A stretch of 64,000 bases of DNA, taken from the NCBI RefSeq assembly GCF_006345805.1, contig NC_043008.1, positions 38,688,001 to 38,752,000 of the forward strand, read 5' to 3'. Positions 29,300 through 41,879 of this stretch are shown one piece after another. Under the pieces are notes generated by a model. It ran no database searches. It saw only the letters and a program-made list of their open reading frames with translations, and was not told the DNA's origin. The position numbers and the translations under genes were made by a program. The first letter of the stretch is position 1. The number at the start of each line of letters is the position of its first letter. Source of the stretch: Octopus sinensis. Taxonomy: Eukaryota.

Positions 29300-29376
29300 A
29301 TTTCCTACTGATGATAGCTGCGCCTAGCAAATTATTTTATTTGCTGAGGATAGCTTGAAATCATGGTACAGGAAAT
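29300..29376 (+). ncRNA. Type I hammerhead ribozyme motif
   Basis: Stem I AUUUCCU(A), core CUGAUGA (29308-29314), stem II AGCU/AGCU enclosing the UAGCAAAU/AUUUGCUG hairpin, GAAA (29357-29360), stem III UCAUGG, cleavage triplet GUA, then (C)AGGAAAU. Mismatches at 2.1/1.1 and 10.1/11.1. Confidence 0.6.
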
Positions 29377-29657
29377 AAATGGTAAATGTTTTTCATTTTT
29401 CATTCGCTTTTGAAATTACCCCTAATAGTGGTTTGGATTTTAACTACTCCTTCTAGCGGGTTAGATGTCCTATTATGGCCATCTCTTATGTGTTTAAATG
29501 TACACTGTATTTATATGAATAATATACAGTCTATTGACTAGTTTTTTCTTCTCGCTAGACAAAAATGTTCTAAAAAATTTCTAAATAATTTGTTTTTACT
29601 ACCCTGAAATTTATATATATAAAAACATATATATAAGCATGTATACACACGCACACA

Positions 29658-29702
<45 letters not shown>

Positions 29703-30553
29703 GTATATATATGTATATGTATATATATACATACATACATGTATATAAAGTTGCAATCAGTGGTATATACATTAATGCTTTATTCATTTGTAATACTAAT
29801 GACATTAGATATGCCAATGCATTGATATAAACTAGAGTAATGTCTTGTCTAAGATTTTATCTTTTAGTAATTATAACACTCTTGCTAAGAAATCTGTTGA
29901 TGTATTCATATATACACATCAGACAAAGGAGAAAAAAATTAAGGAAAGGTGACATGTTGACGTTTAGAATACCATGACAACTGATGTAATTTCGTGCTGG
30001 GTTTCTTGTTATCAAAGATAATATTTTAACAAAATTACCTTTGAAAGATTAGTTTGAACAAACAGCAAAGTCGATATCTCTGTGGCTTACTGCTTTAGTT
30101 TGGTATCAATGCTTAAAGGGTTATAATTCACTAAGACATCATCCAGAATTGATTTTATTAAATTCTATTTTCACTTGCAGGAAGAAAGTATAAAATATAT
30201 AGGTTGCATGGTAAGAAATTTGCTTCCCAACCACCTGGTTGCAGGTTCAGTCCCCCTATATAGCACCTTGGGCAGGTGTCTTTTTCTATAGTCCTGGGTC
30301 AACCAAAGCCTTGTGAGTGGATCTGGTGCATTGGAATTGAAACAAACTCATCATGTGTGTTTGTGTGTGTGTATAAAACAAAAAAAAAAACACAGCTCCA
30401 ATAACAGACAGAGTCAACAATTATTGAAGAGGTTGCAAGAAGCAATGGAAATTTTAGAATAAAAAATTAAATAAAGAAGTAATTGGAAATTAAATAATTG
30501 AGTGTGTTAATTAATAAGGCTTTAAAAGAGAATGACTTCCCACAGACACAACA

Positions 30554-30588
<35 letters not shown>

Positions 30589-30649
30589 TGTGTATACATA
30601 CATGTGTGGTAAGTAGCTAGGTGGAGGAATGGCTGTGTGGTAAATAGAT

Positions 30650-31100
30650 AGGTGCAGGAGCAACTGTGTGGTAAGTAGCTTGCTTACTAACCACATGGTT
30701 CCAGTTCAGTCCCACTGCGTGGCACCTTGGGCAAGTGTCTTCTACTATAGCCTTGGGCCGACCAAAGCCTTGTGAGTGGATTTGGTAGTGGATGGAAACT
30801 GAAAGAAGCCCGTCGTATATATGTATATATATGTATATGTGTGTGTGTGTTTGTGTGTCTGTGCTTGTCCCTCCAACATCGCTTGACAACTTGTGTCTGT
30901 GCTTGTCCCCCCAACATCGCTTGACATCGCTGGTGTGTTTACATCCCCGTAATTTAGTGGCTCAGCAAAAGAGACTGATAGAATAAGTACTAAGCTTACA
31001 AAGAATAAGTCCTGGGGTCGATTTGCTCGACTAAAGGCGATGCTCCAGCATGGTCACAGTCAAATGACTGAAACAAGTAAAAGAGTAAGGAGTAAGAGTA
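30650..31100 (+). mobile_element. SINE family A, full-length, with internal 29-bp duplication
   Basis: Homology to 561-970; TGTCTGTGCTTGTCCC.CCAACATCGCTTGACA is repeated. Confidence 0.9.
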
Positions 31101-31151
31101 TATATATAAGTAGTATTCATAGCCACTTCAACATGGCTGTTCATTCAAACA

Positions 31152-31625
31152 GACTCTACTGCAATTTTTTAACCCCAAGAGGATATCTCCTCTAGCTGGT
31201 TAGGGAAGCAGAGCTGCATCAAATAAATTTCGACCAGGGGAGCAAACCCATACCACCTTCTAGTGACGAGACCAACAGACCAGTCCTGGTTTCATGTTAT
31301 TTCTGCCACTCTCCAGTACTAGACACCTTGTCTGCTAGAGATGACAATAACTGCCCTCTGCTCACAGTATATATATTTCAAGCGAACAAACAGTCGCCGA
31401 TTTTGCAACAAACAAAAATGGTAGTTCTAAAATCTCTCTAAGAGTTCAGTACAATAGTTGTACTGACAAGTAATATTTGTAGCCTCTTCAGGACGAGTCT
31501 GCTGGTCCTGTTGCCAGAAGGTTGTAGGGGCTTGCTCCCTTGCTTGCAATTTATCAGATATAGCTCTGCATTTTTAACTGTCTAGAGGAGATGTCTTCTC
31601 AGGGTTAAAAAATTGCAGCAGAGTC
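31152..31625. mobile_element. MITE/fold-back element with ~150-bp imperfect TIRs containing TTAACCC...GGGTTAA
   Basis: GACTCTACTGCAATTTTTTAACCCC...GGGTTAAAAAATTGCAGCAGAGTC; pairing continues inward (GCAGAGCT/AGCTCTGC, GGAGCAA/TTGCTCC). Confidence 0.75.
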
Positions 31626-31989
31626 CATTCAAAGGGACAACCATGTGGAAGTGGCTACGAATATTACTTGTTTGTACAACTACTGTGTTGATCTCTTAGA
31701 GAGATTTCAGAACTAGCATTTTAGCTTACACACACACACTCATGGATATGTATATATCTGTGTGCATGTGTGTATGTGTGTGTCTATGTGATTGTGTTTG
31801 TCTTCTGTTACCACTTGGTAACCGTTGTTGGTTTGTTTACATTCTCATAACTTAGTGGTTCATCAAGCGATAGAATAAGTATGATGTTTAAAAAATTTTG
31901 TACTGGGATTGATTCCTTCAACTAAAACCCTTCCAGGCAGTGCCCCAGCATGGCCACAGCCTAATGATTGAATCAAGTAAAAGATAACA

Positions 31990-32500
31990 GATACATAATT
32001 AAATTAAATGAACAAACGAATAAATGTAAATTCGACATTTTCTACAATGACACGCAGGAAAGAGAAACGAAGAGCTTTCGAAAGTTTCGTTCCTCGACAA
32101 AGAGAATGAATCAGCAACGAACAAACACTGAAAGTGATGGAAGAACAGCAAAATGAATAATAATGATCTTGATTTATTGTTGCGATCACCTTTCATCCGA
32201 CTGTAACAATAGGTATGCAATGAGAAAAACCAAACAAAAATCCACATCTATAATCCTTATCTTCGTCACGATTAATTCCATCATCATCATCATCATAATT
32301 GTAAGCATAACTGTCATCGTCTGTCACATGCTTTATAGTCTATCTAGACTTTACTCGGATTTCCTAGGCTGTTCTCCCCTGCTGTCGCCGAATCAAAGAT
32401 AAATTAAGCAATAGATGGAAACATTTCTAGCCGAATTGGTGCTTTGGATATTATCTTTCTTTATATCCTTTGTTCCAGTTTCCACACCATTCTTAATATT
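31990..32500. promoter_or_regulatory. CpG-enriched unique region, candidate promoter/first exon
   Basis: About 15-20 CpGs in 500 bp against a CpG-poor background, counted by eye. Contains a minus-strand signal-peptide-like ORF start MKGDRNNKSRSLLFILLFFHHFQCLFVADS. Confidence 0.35.
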
Positions 32501-32561
32501 TAAGCTTTGTCGAGTTAATCTATTTTGACAGAGTTTTGAAAAGATTTGGCTCCCATCATCA

Positions 32562-32611
<50 letters not shown>

Positions 32612-32845
32612 ATTATTATTATTATTATCATCGTGATTGTTGTTGTCATCACTGTTGTTGCTGTGTTTTAGATTACTATGAGAAATGCAAATTCAAAGTC
32701 AAAATGAAATTATGAGAATAGAATTAATAAATTCAGGAAATACAGGGCATTAACGATTCTAATTAACATTTCTACCAAGAGCAAATTTTCAGTTTAAGAA
32801 ATTTTAGAGAACCTAAAAGTTTATATCTATATATATATATATCTT

Positions 32846-32876
<31 letters not shown>

Positions 32877-34390
32877 GTATGTGTGCATGTGTGTATGTGT
32901 GCATGCCTTTATGTATGAATGTATGTGTGAATGTGTGTATGTGTGTGATTGTGTTTGTGTATGTGTATATATAATGGGGTGTATGTTGTTTCTCTATCAG
33001 TTTATTTAACATTCGTTTTGCCATGCTAGCATGGGTCGAGCATGGATTTATTTGAAACGATATTTAACAATCAGATGCCCTTCCTTTTACCAGACTTTAA
33101 CTGTTTTACATATAATGAGTTCTTTTATTCTACTGGTCTTTGAGAATGCAAAGCAACCAGTTGGAATTTCAACAAATATGCAAGTAGCCATGGATATCCT
33201 AGATATGCTGTTCCTATTTATAGATATGTATTTTATTCCAAGGTGGAAACAGTAATGAATGTTCTATCTAACAGGCTTGATAATTGTTAAGGGATTTCTT
33301 AACATGAAACCAATGGTAGCCTATGCCATAGATGAAGCATTTTCATTCACCAATGCAGTGTTGAGCACTCATTCTAATTGTTTGATATTAATGTGAATAT
33401 ATATATATATATATATATATATAGGGAGAGAGAGAGAGAGAAAGAGAGAGAGAATGTAATAAAACATGAGAAATTGCTTATAAGACAATTAATTATATCA
33501 AATATATATATGTTTGTGTGTGTATACATGTGCATGTGCATGTGTGTGTATGTTTGTATGTGCATGCATGCGTGTGTGTAATTAGAGTTTACTATAAAAA
33601 GTGTCCACTGAAATTTAGAGCCAATTTTTTAACATAGTATTAAACTCCAATATATAATTTACCATGCAATAATCATAAGTGGAATGAATTTGCATATATG
33701 TAAATTAACTGAAGCAAATGTCCAGAGCAGCCTATTTATCTCTTGATGAAATATTTTATCCAATACCTCTAAAGTAATTAACTATGCATTTTTATTCATT
33801 AATTATTTATATGAAGGAATCAAAACATTTGTATGTTTACCATTGAAACAGGTGTAGGGTTTAGAAAGATATTATGAAGTGATTGTGAAATCTTACCTTT
33901 TTCACTATTACACACACACAAGCACATGTACACATACACACACATATATCAGGCCCTTTTAGCTACACTTCATGTATTTCTTCCCCCTTCTCTCCTAAAC
34001 ATATTTATCACTGATCATGTTTCCACCTGCATTCATCATTCACTACATTTGTATGTCAATAAACTATGTCAAGTTATCCTAATTTAACATTTTCCTTCTG
34101 AAGTTTTCAGTTGTAAAGGTAAATTATGGACTCATTGTGTGTGTGTGTGTGTGTGTGCAATAAATTTAAAAACAGTGATGAGTGACAATTCTGTAAATAG
34201 CAATAATATTTTATAAGCTTAAAGCTTACAAGCGATCATTGTGTATTGACTAAAGAAAATAGTCTAGTAGCGGAGCATATAAAGCCCCAAGGGAAACATA
34301 TAATGCCAGCATGGGAAACAGACATTAAACGATGATGATGATGATGATACATATACATATACATATATATTATATATATATATATATATA

Positions 34391-34430
<40 letters not shown>

Positions 34431-34459
34431 CTTAGCATTAACGATTAATATATATATAT

Positions 34460-35410
34460 CATCATCATCATCATCATCATCGTTTAACGTCCGCTTTCCA
34501 TGCTAGCATGGGTTGGACGGTTCAACTGGGGTCTGGAAAGCCCGAAGGCTGCACCAGGCCAGTCAGATCTGGCAGTGTTTCTACAGCTGGATGCCCTTCC
34601 TAACGCCAACCACTCCGAGAGTGTAGTGGGTGATTTTATGAGCCACCGACACAGGTGCCAGACGAGGCTGGCAGACGGCCACGCTCGGATGGTGTTTTTT
34701 ATGTGCCACCGACACAGGTGCCAGACGAGGCTGGCAGACAGCAACGCTCGGATGGTGTTTTTATGTGCCACCGACACAGGTGCCAGACGAGGCTGGCAGA
34801 CGGCCACGCTCAGATGGTGTTTTTTATGTGCCACCGACACAGGTGCCAGACGAGGCTGGCAGACAGCCACGCTCGGATGGTGTTTTTTATGTGCCACCGA
34901 CACAGGTGCCAGATGAGGCTGGCAGACAGCCACGTTCGGATGGCGTTTTTTATGTGCCACCGACACAGGTGCCAGACGAGGCTGGCAGACAGCCACGCTC
35001 GGATGGTGTTTTTTATGTGCCACCGACACAGGTGCCAGATGAGGCTGGCAGACGGCCACGCTCGGATGGTGTTTTTTATGTGCCACCGACACAGGTGCCA
35101 GACGAGGCTGGCAGACAGCCACGCTCGGATGGTGTTTTTTATGTGCCACCGACACAGGTGCCAGACGAGGCTGGCAGACGGCCACGCTCGGATGGTGTTT
35201 TTTATGTGCCACCGACACAGGTGCCAGACGAGGCTGGCAGACAGCCACGCTCGGATGGTGTTTTTTATGTGCCACCGACACAGGTGCCAGACGAGGCTGG
35301 CAGACGGCCACGCTCAGATGGTGTTTTTTATGTGCCACCGACACAGGTGCCAGACGAGGCTGGCAGACGGCCACGCTCGGATGGTGTTTCTTATGTGCCA
35401 CCGACACATA
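34460..35410 (-). mobile_element. (GAT)n-tailed RTE-type element with an expanded 63-bp tandem array
   Basis: (CAT)n-CGTTTAACGTCCGCTTTCCATGCTAGC head on the + strand, followed by the array. Confidence 0.9.
34640..35408. repeat. Minisatellite: 12 copies plus a partial copy of a GC-rich 63-bp unit
   Basis: Unit GTGCCACCGACACAGGTGCCAGACGAGGCTGGCAGACGGCCACGCTCGGATGGTGTTTTTTAT at 34640, 34703, 34765, 34828 ... 35332; no unique spacers. Confidence 0.95.
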
Positions 35411-35703
35411 TATTATTAATATATATTAATCGTAATGGTAAGACAACAAAAGAATGAATGAAACCTCGATATTATGTAAATAGAGGAATTTATCTGCAAT
35501 ATAATATGTGACAATTATTTGGTTGCCATAACAAGACTCTAAGTTTCTGATATTGGTGCAGAAAATTGCTCTGACATCTCAACAGTTATCGAGGCATTCA
35601 AAACATTTTTTGATTGCCTTGATAACTGACAAGATGCTGGAGCAATTTACTACCCCGATATCTGAAACTCGGAGTCTTATTATGGGAACCAAATAATTGT
35701 CAC

Positions 35704-35734
<31 letters not shown>

Positions 35735-35740
<6 letters not shown>

Positions 35741-36148
35741 TAGAGAAAAACCACTATTATGCAATTCAAATAATGATAGACATAAACCAAATCATAAATA
35801 AAAAATAAAAATATATTTTAAAACTTATAACTAGATCAGAAAAAGTAGAAAAATAAATAAACAATATATTATAAGTAATAAGTAAATAGTAAGTTACTTA
35901 TTACTTATATATTGTTTACTTATTACTTATATATTGTTTATTTATTTTTGTACTTTTTGTGATGTAGTTTATATGTTTTAAAATATATTTTATTTTTTCT
36001 TTATGATTTTGGTTTATGTCTATCATTGTTTGAATTGCATATTAGTGGTTTTTCTCTAATTTATATTTTATATATTTATATTGTGAAATTTCATTTAATA
36101 CTAAATTAAATTTTTCCCTGTAAGTTTGGAGTTATACTCCCTAATATT
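35735..36148 (+). mobile_element. Fold-back element (arms 35735-36065) plus 3' tail ending CTCCCTAATATT(TA)n
   Basis: AATTAGAGAAAAACCACTA.../...TAGTGGTTTTTCTCTAATT; homologous to 38091-38340. Confidence 0.8.
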
Positions 36149-37055
36149 ATTATATATATATCAGCATCCTCATCATCATCATCATTTAATGTCTATTTTC
36201 CAAGCTGGCATGACAGGTTTGACTTAAAACTGGTAAGCCAGGGAGCTGCACAAGGTTCTGATCTGATTTGGCATGATTTTTACAGCTGGATGCCCTTCCT
36301 AACGCCAACCACTACAAGAGTGAAGTGGGTTCCTTTTACATGCCATCAGCACAGTTACCACTTACAAAACACCGAGCATGTCTACATTTATGTGTATATC
36401 TGTATAATTATGTTCAGTTAATGTTGCATTTGTATATTTCTCTCAAGTAGTCCTGATTTTCAATCACCATTTTTGAAAATTCCAATACTTACATATTATT
36501 GATACAAATATTTTTGCTACTTCATATTTTTCTATTTTTTTCCAGAATTAACTGCTCACTGCTCACTATTAAGACAAATTGGAAACTGTTTATCTATAGA
36601 AGCTTGCAGACTCAAACAAACCTATGTATCTTGTACCCAGGCACCAGAAAGTGGCTTCTGCAATCAATCAACATACCCAAGAGCTTTTGAAACCCAAATC
36701 CTGTAGCTTAGTAGTCCAGCACTGTAACTACACATCCATTATTATGTAGAGGAATAAATTAAGAATACATGAATAGTTAATACTACGTGGCATATAATTA
36801 CATCTAAATTAGCATGATACAAAAGGAATGCAAGCTTCGTTAAATGAAATGAAATAGGAAATAAAATGAAGAATCAGCCATCAGTTAAATGAATTTAACT
36901 CACACTTGTAAAACAAGGCTTGGATATTTAAAGACCAATAACGCAACATTCAAAAGGCTTCAAACTTTGATCTCTCTCTCTCTCTCTCTCTCTTGTTCTC
37001 GCTTTCTCTCTCCTTCACTTTCTCTATCTCTTTTCCCCATATATTTACTTACATG

Positions 37056-37090
<35 letters not shown>

Positions 37091-37110
37091 GTGTGTATAT
37101 ATATATATTA

Positions 37111-37159
<49 letters not shown>

Positions 37160-37928
37160 TACATATATATTAATTTCTGCATGTATATTTACATACACAC
37201 ATATATGTACACTCACATGTATATACATAGATAGATATAGATGCATGTATATACTTATATATACTAATCTCTCTCTTCCTCTCCCTCTCTCTTCCTCTCC
37301 CTCTCTCTTCCTCTCTCTCCCTCTCTTCCTTTCTCTCGCTTCTTCTCTCTCCCTCTCTCTTTCTCTCTCTTTGTCTGACTCTCTACCTCGCTATACAGTT
37401 AGATAGATAGATAGATATATAGATAGATAGATAGAGAAACAGATAGATAGAGAAACAGATAGATAGATAGATAGATATTAGATATGTAGACCTACACACT
37501 CATACAAACACAGATATGTACATACATGGCTTAACAAACACTGACAACTCACTGATAATCAAAAGAACGAAATTAATTATAGATTCAAACCCATTTAATG
37601 TTTAGAACTAGTTATTAAATTAGATTATAATTAAATATTACATCAGCCACTAATATTAATTAATATGTTGTAGATAATGAATAATAGAGTATTATTAACG
37701 ATCAGTTCTCAGTCGGACATGTATCTTCAGAAGGAATTGGCATGTTTTTATGAACAGATCAAGGATTGATACATGTAAACAGAACAAAACTATATGCATG
37801 TATATATATATATATTTCGTTTTTGTATTTGGTTTGCAAGATTCTTTATATGAGTTCGTGTGTTGAAGCATATTCTGTTGTCTGGGGAGAGTCATTTTCT
37901 TTTTGTGCCTTATAATGTAACACACTCA

Positions 37929-37966
<38 letters not shown>

Positions 37967-38042
37967 TTATGTGTTTGTATAAATATGACACCTAGGTGTG
38001 TGTGTGTGTGTTTCTTAGGTTTACCTAAATATAATGTTGAAG

Positions 38043-38090
<48 letters not shown>

Positions 38091-38098
<8 letters not shown>

Positions 38099-38340
38099 TA
38101 TTCGAGACAAAACCACTATTTTGCAAAACAAACAAGGAAAGACTTAATCAATACATAAAATTTTAATAAATATTTTGACTATTTATTAAAATTTTATGTA
38201 TTGATTAAGTCTTTCCTTGTTTGTTTTGCAAAATAGTGGTTTTGTCTCGAATAATATTTTATAATATTTTACTATAAAATCGATTTAATCATAAATCTGA
38301 TTTTTTTCCCTGTAAATTTGGATTTATTCCCTAATATTTA
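38091..38340 (+). mobile_element. Perfect 82-bp-arm hairpin (38091-38261) plus 3' tail ending TTCCCTAATATT(TA)n
   Basis: Arms are exact reverse complements by manual comparison, with a 7-nt spacer. Confidence 0.9.
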
Positions 38341-38341
38341 T

Positions 38342-38870
<529 letters not shown>

Positions 38871-39767
38871 TATATATATATATACATATTGATATATAAA
38901 CTCATATATATGTATATATATATATATATGATTTATGTGTTTGTTTAAATATGACACCTAGGTGTGTGTGTGTGTGTTTCTTAGGCTTACCTAAATATAA
39001 TGTTGAAGTATTTTAAAGGGCTAACTGCTAAGTGAGATGTCTGAGTGACCTCTCACCACTGTTTACCTATATATTGAAGTGAAAGGACTGAATTCCCAAA
39101 GTATTAGAATGCAAATTTATAGGTCATGACTTCAATTCCCTCGTATGTGTTTGAAGTTTTTTTTTTTGTACTTCAACAGAAGATATTTATCTCATGTTAC
39201 CCTAATTTCCTAAATTGTAGAGAGATAATCACCAAACTCATTTCCAAAACTTATCTCTGACGTTTTTTTTCTCATACTGATTTCTTCCTTACTCAATTCA
39301 TGTAAGAGAAACTGACTGAACCTAAAACAGCCCCTTAATGCAGCCCCTGTCGATTTTTGAGATTAAATCAAGTTATTTAACTGTTTATAGCATTCAGTTT
39401 TCATTCAGAGGTTCATAAGGTGAATTCTTAGCTCAGGTTTTGCCAAATAGTGGAAACGATAGGGAATATCTCATCAACATTTTAAAAACATAGAAACAAA
39501 ACAAACAGCAAGAAGATATAGTGTTTATTCCTGAGAGAGAAAATGCAGTGTTTACTTCTGACATTTATGTTTACCAAAATAGTTTTAGGCAATTATCATG
39601 ATTCTACTCTTCATTATCATTTTAACATTCAGTTTTCCATCCTTGCATAGGTCAGATGAAATTTGTTGAGGCAGATCTTCTATGGTTGGCTGTCCTTCTT
39701 GATACCAACCGTCTCTTATTTCGAAGGAAGGTAATATTTACTCGTGTCCAGGCATATTTTTAAAGGA

Positions 39768-40085
39768 ATTCTTCTTTCTTCTTTATGCCTGTAACCCTCC
39801 AATGCGGAGTATAGGCCACTTATAGTTGAATTCCATGTCGCATAATTTTTGGCTTCTGTACTTATACTCTGCTATGAATGTCCCCCTTTCTCTAGTTCCT
39901 TTTGTGTTGATCTCCGCCACGAGTTCTAAGGCCTACCTCTCCTTCTATATCCATCCGGTTTCAACTCTAGAGCACTTTTCGCTACATTTGGTGTGTCTTT
40001 TCTAATTGTGCTACCAATCCACTTCCACTTTTTCTTAAATATTTGCTCCCTAATCGAAACTTCATTTGTTCTTTGCCATAGCTCC
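39768..40085 (-). mobile_element. RTE-clade LINE 3' fragment (decayed ORF C-terminus)
   Basis: Minus translation ELWQRTNEVSIREQIFKKKWKWIGSTIRKDTPNVAKSALELKPDGYRRRGRP*NSWRRST matches the canonical RTE motif W.WIGH..R....AL.W.P.G.R.RGRP..TW; AAG-repeat tail. Confidence 0.85.
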
Positions 40086-40537
40086 ATAATGCTTATGTGT
40101 TCGGGATTTTAAAGGAATGCTGGAAACAAATGATGCCATTCGTAAATGGTCACAATGGTACTGATATCATCAGTAATTTGCAGGAAGAGTTGGGTACTAT
40201 TGACTTTTGAGGCTCATCAAATCTACCCTGCTAGCCAAACCTGAAATTGAACTCTGCAATGCAGGCTGCAATGCATTTGTTAATTTTATAGTGCTGCTTT
40301 CTATATAAGAGAACAATTCCTGTTTGTGATATTCCCTTAAAATTTGATTGTTTGGAATGGTTGAAATTTAAATTTCTCAGCCATATACATGGCAACACAG
40401 GTTGAAAGATAGAAAAGGCAATGATTTCAAATCAGTCATTTGTACTCATCTCATTCTCTCTCTGACTCTTTTTGTATGTATAAATATATATACATATATA
40501 TATGTAAGTATATATACATATATACATACATATACAT

Positions 40538-40571
<34 letters not shown>

Positions 40572-40774
40572 TTACACATGCACATATACATGTATGTACA
40601 ACCACACAGAAGACCTCCACGATGGTGAAGTTACGATTTTAGGAGGACGATTGGGACCATGTGAATGAGGAAGGTGTGATCCAGAGAGGAGTGGACAGCG
40701 TGCAGTGACCAGCAGTGTCAAATGGACGCCCGACGAACTGGTCAGTCAAGGTGATCAAAGTGATATATATATAT

Positions 40775-40850
<76 letters not shown>

Positions 40851-41730
40851 ATAGACAGACAGATAAACAGATACACATATATATGTATATATGTGTGTAT
40901 GTATTTATGTATAAATCAATTGAAGTATGTACATCAAACTAAAACACCCATAATAGGTTTGAATCAAGAATCAAGAGTTGGTACATTAATTTCATATCCA
41001 CTCAGCCATTTAATTGCTAATTACACAAACACACATGGATGAGATCATGAAATATTCAGATATCAATATCAAAAATTAGTTTAGTTTACTAAAGTTGGAA
41101 TATTCTCATAAACACTTTGTTCTGATTGGTGCTAAGTAATGCAATGTAATGTAATTAATTAGTAGATAAATTTAGCTCTACTTAATTAAAAACACTGGAT
41201 TAATTAGATCTCAGCAGTGGTTTCTATGCCAGGTCCATTTTCCACCTTCTAATCAACACAGTGAGTTTTAACCAGGTGATCTATTCTCCCAACATGTGAA
41301 TTATAATTTAATGTGTGATGGTAGTATCATGTAGGAAACCCACATGTTTCATGAGTGCTCTAATGATTTAGCCACTTTGACAGCTAATTAGTGTCACTAT
41401 ATTTCTCAAATTAGCTTATATTTGATTAAGTATTTTACTTTTGTGCCATTTGGGGATTGGTAAGTCAAAGGATAGACCTGACGTTTCCTCTGTGTGTTGC
41501 GAAAAGGGACTAAAGAGGGTTGAGGCAGGATTTGTGCTCCAACCTCATAAAGCCCTCACCAGCAACAATTACCCGAACAGACCCATAATGCAAAGTGTCA
41601 TCTTCCAGAAGAGGGAGTCACCAACAAATATACAGATGCAGCACTGCACTGTTACAGCACATGTCCCCTTACTGCTTCACTACTGTAACAATTACTACTA
41701 CTACTACTACTACTTCACTACTGTAACAAT

Positions 41731-41775
<45 letters not shown>

Positions 41776-41879
41776 CACCACTACTCGTATATATATATAT
41801 ATATACTCACATGATGGACTTCCACACACATTCCATATACCAAATTCACTCACAAGACATTTGATAACCATGGGCAATA

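Larger units (their letters stand above)
28849..29612 (+). mobile_element. Large fold-back Penelope-like element relic: ~320-bp arms (28849-29171 / 29191-29515) plus a 3' tail ending CTACCCTGAAATT(TA)n
   Basis: Arms read as imperfect reverse complements throughout; flanked by (TA)n; a hammerhead motif lies in each arm. Confidence 0.8.

Noticed and set aside
34484-35457. 230-307 aa repetitive ORFs and a CRISPR-like appearance
   Set aside because: Pure tandem 63-bp units with no unique spacers and no cas genes; frames stay open only because the unit is a multiple of 3.
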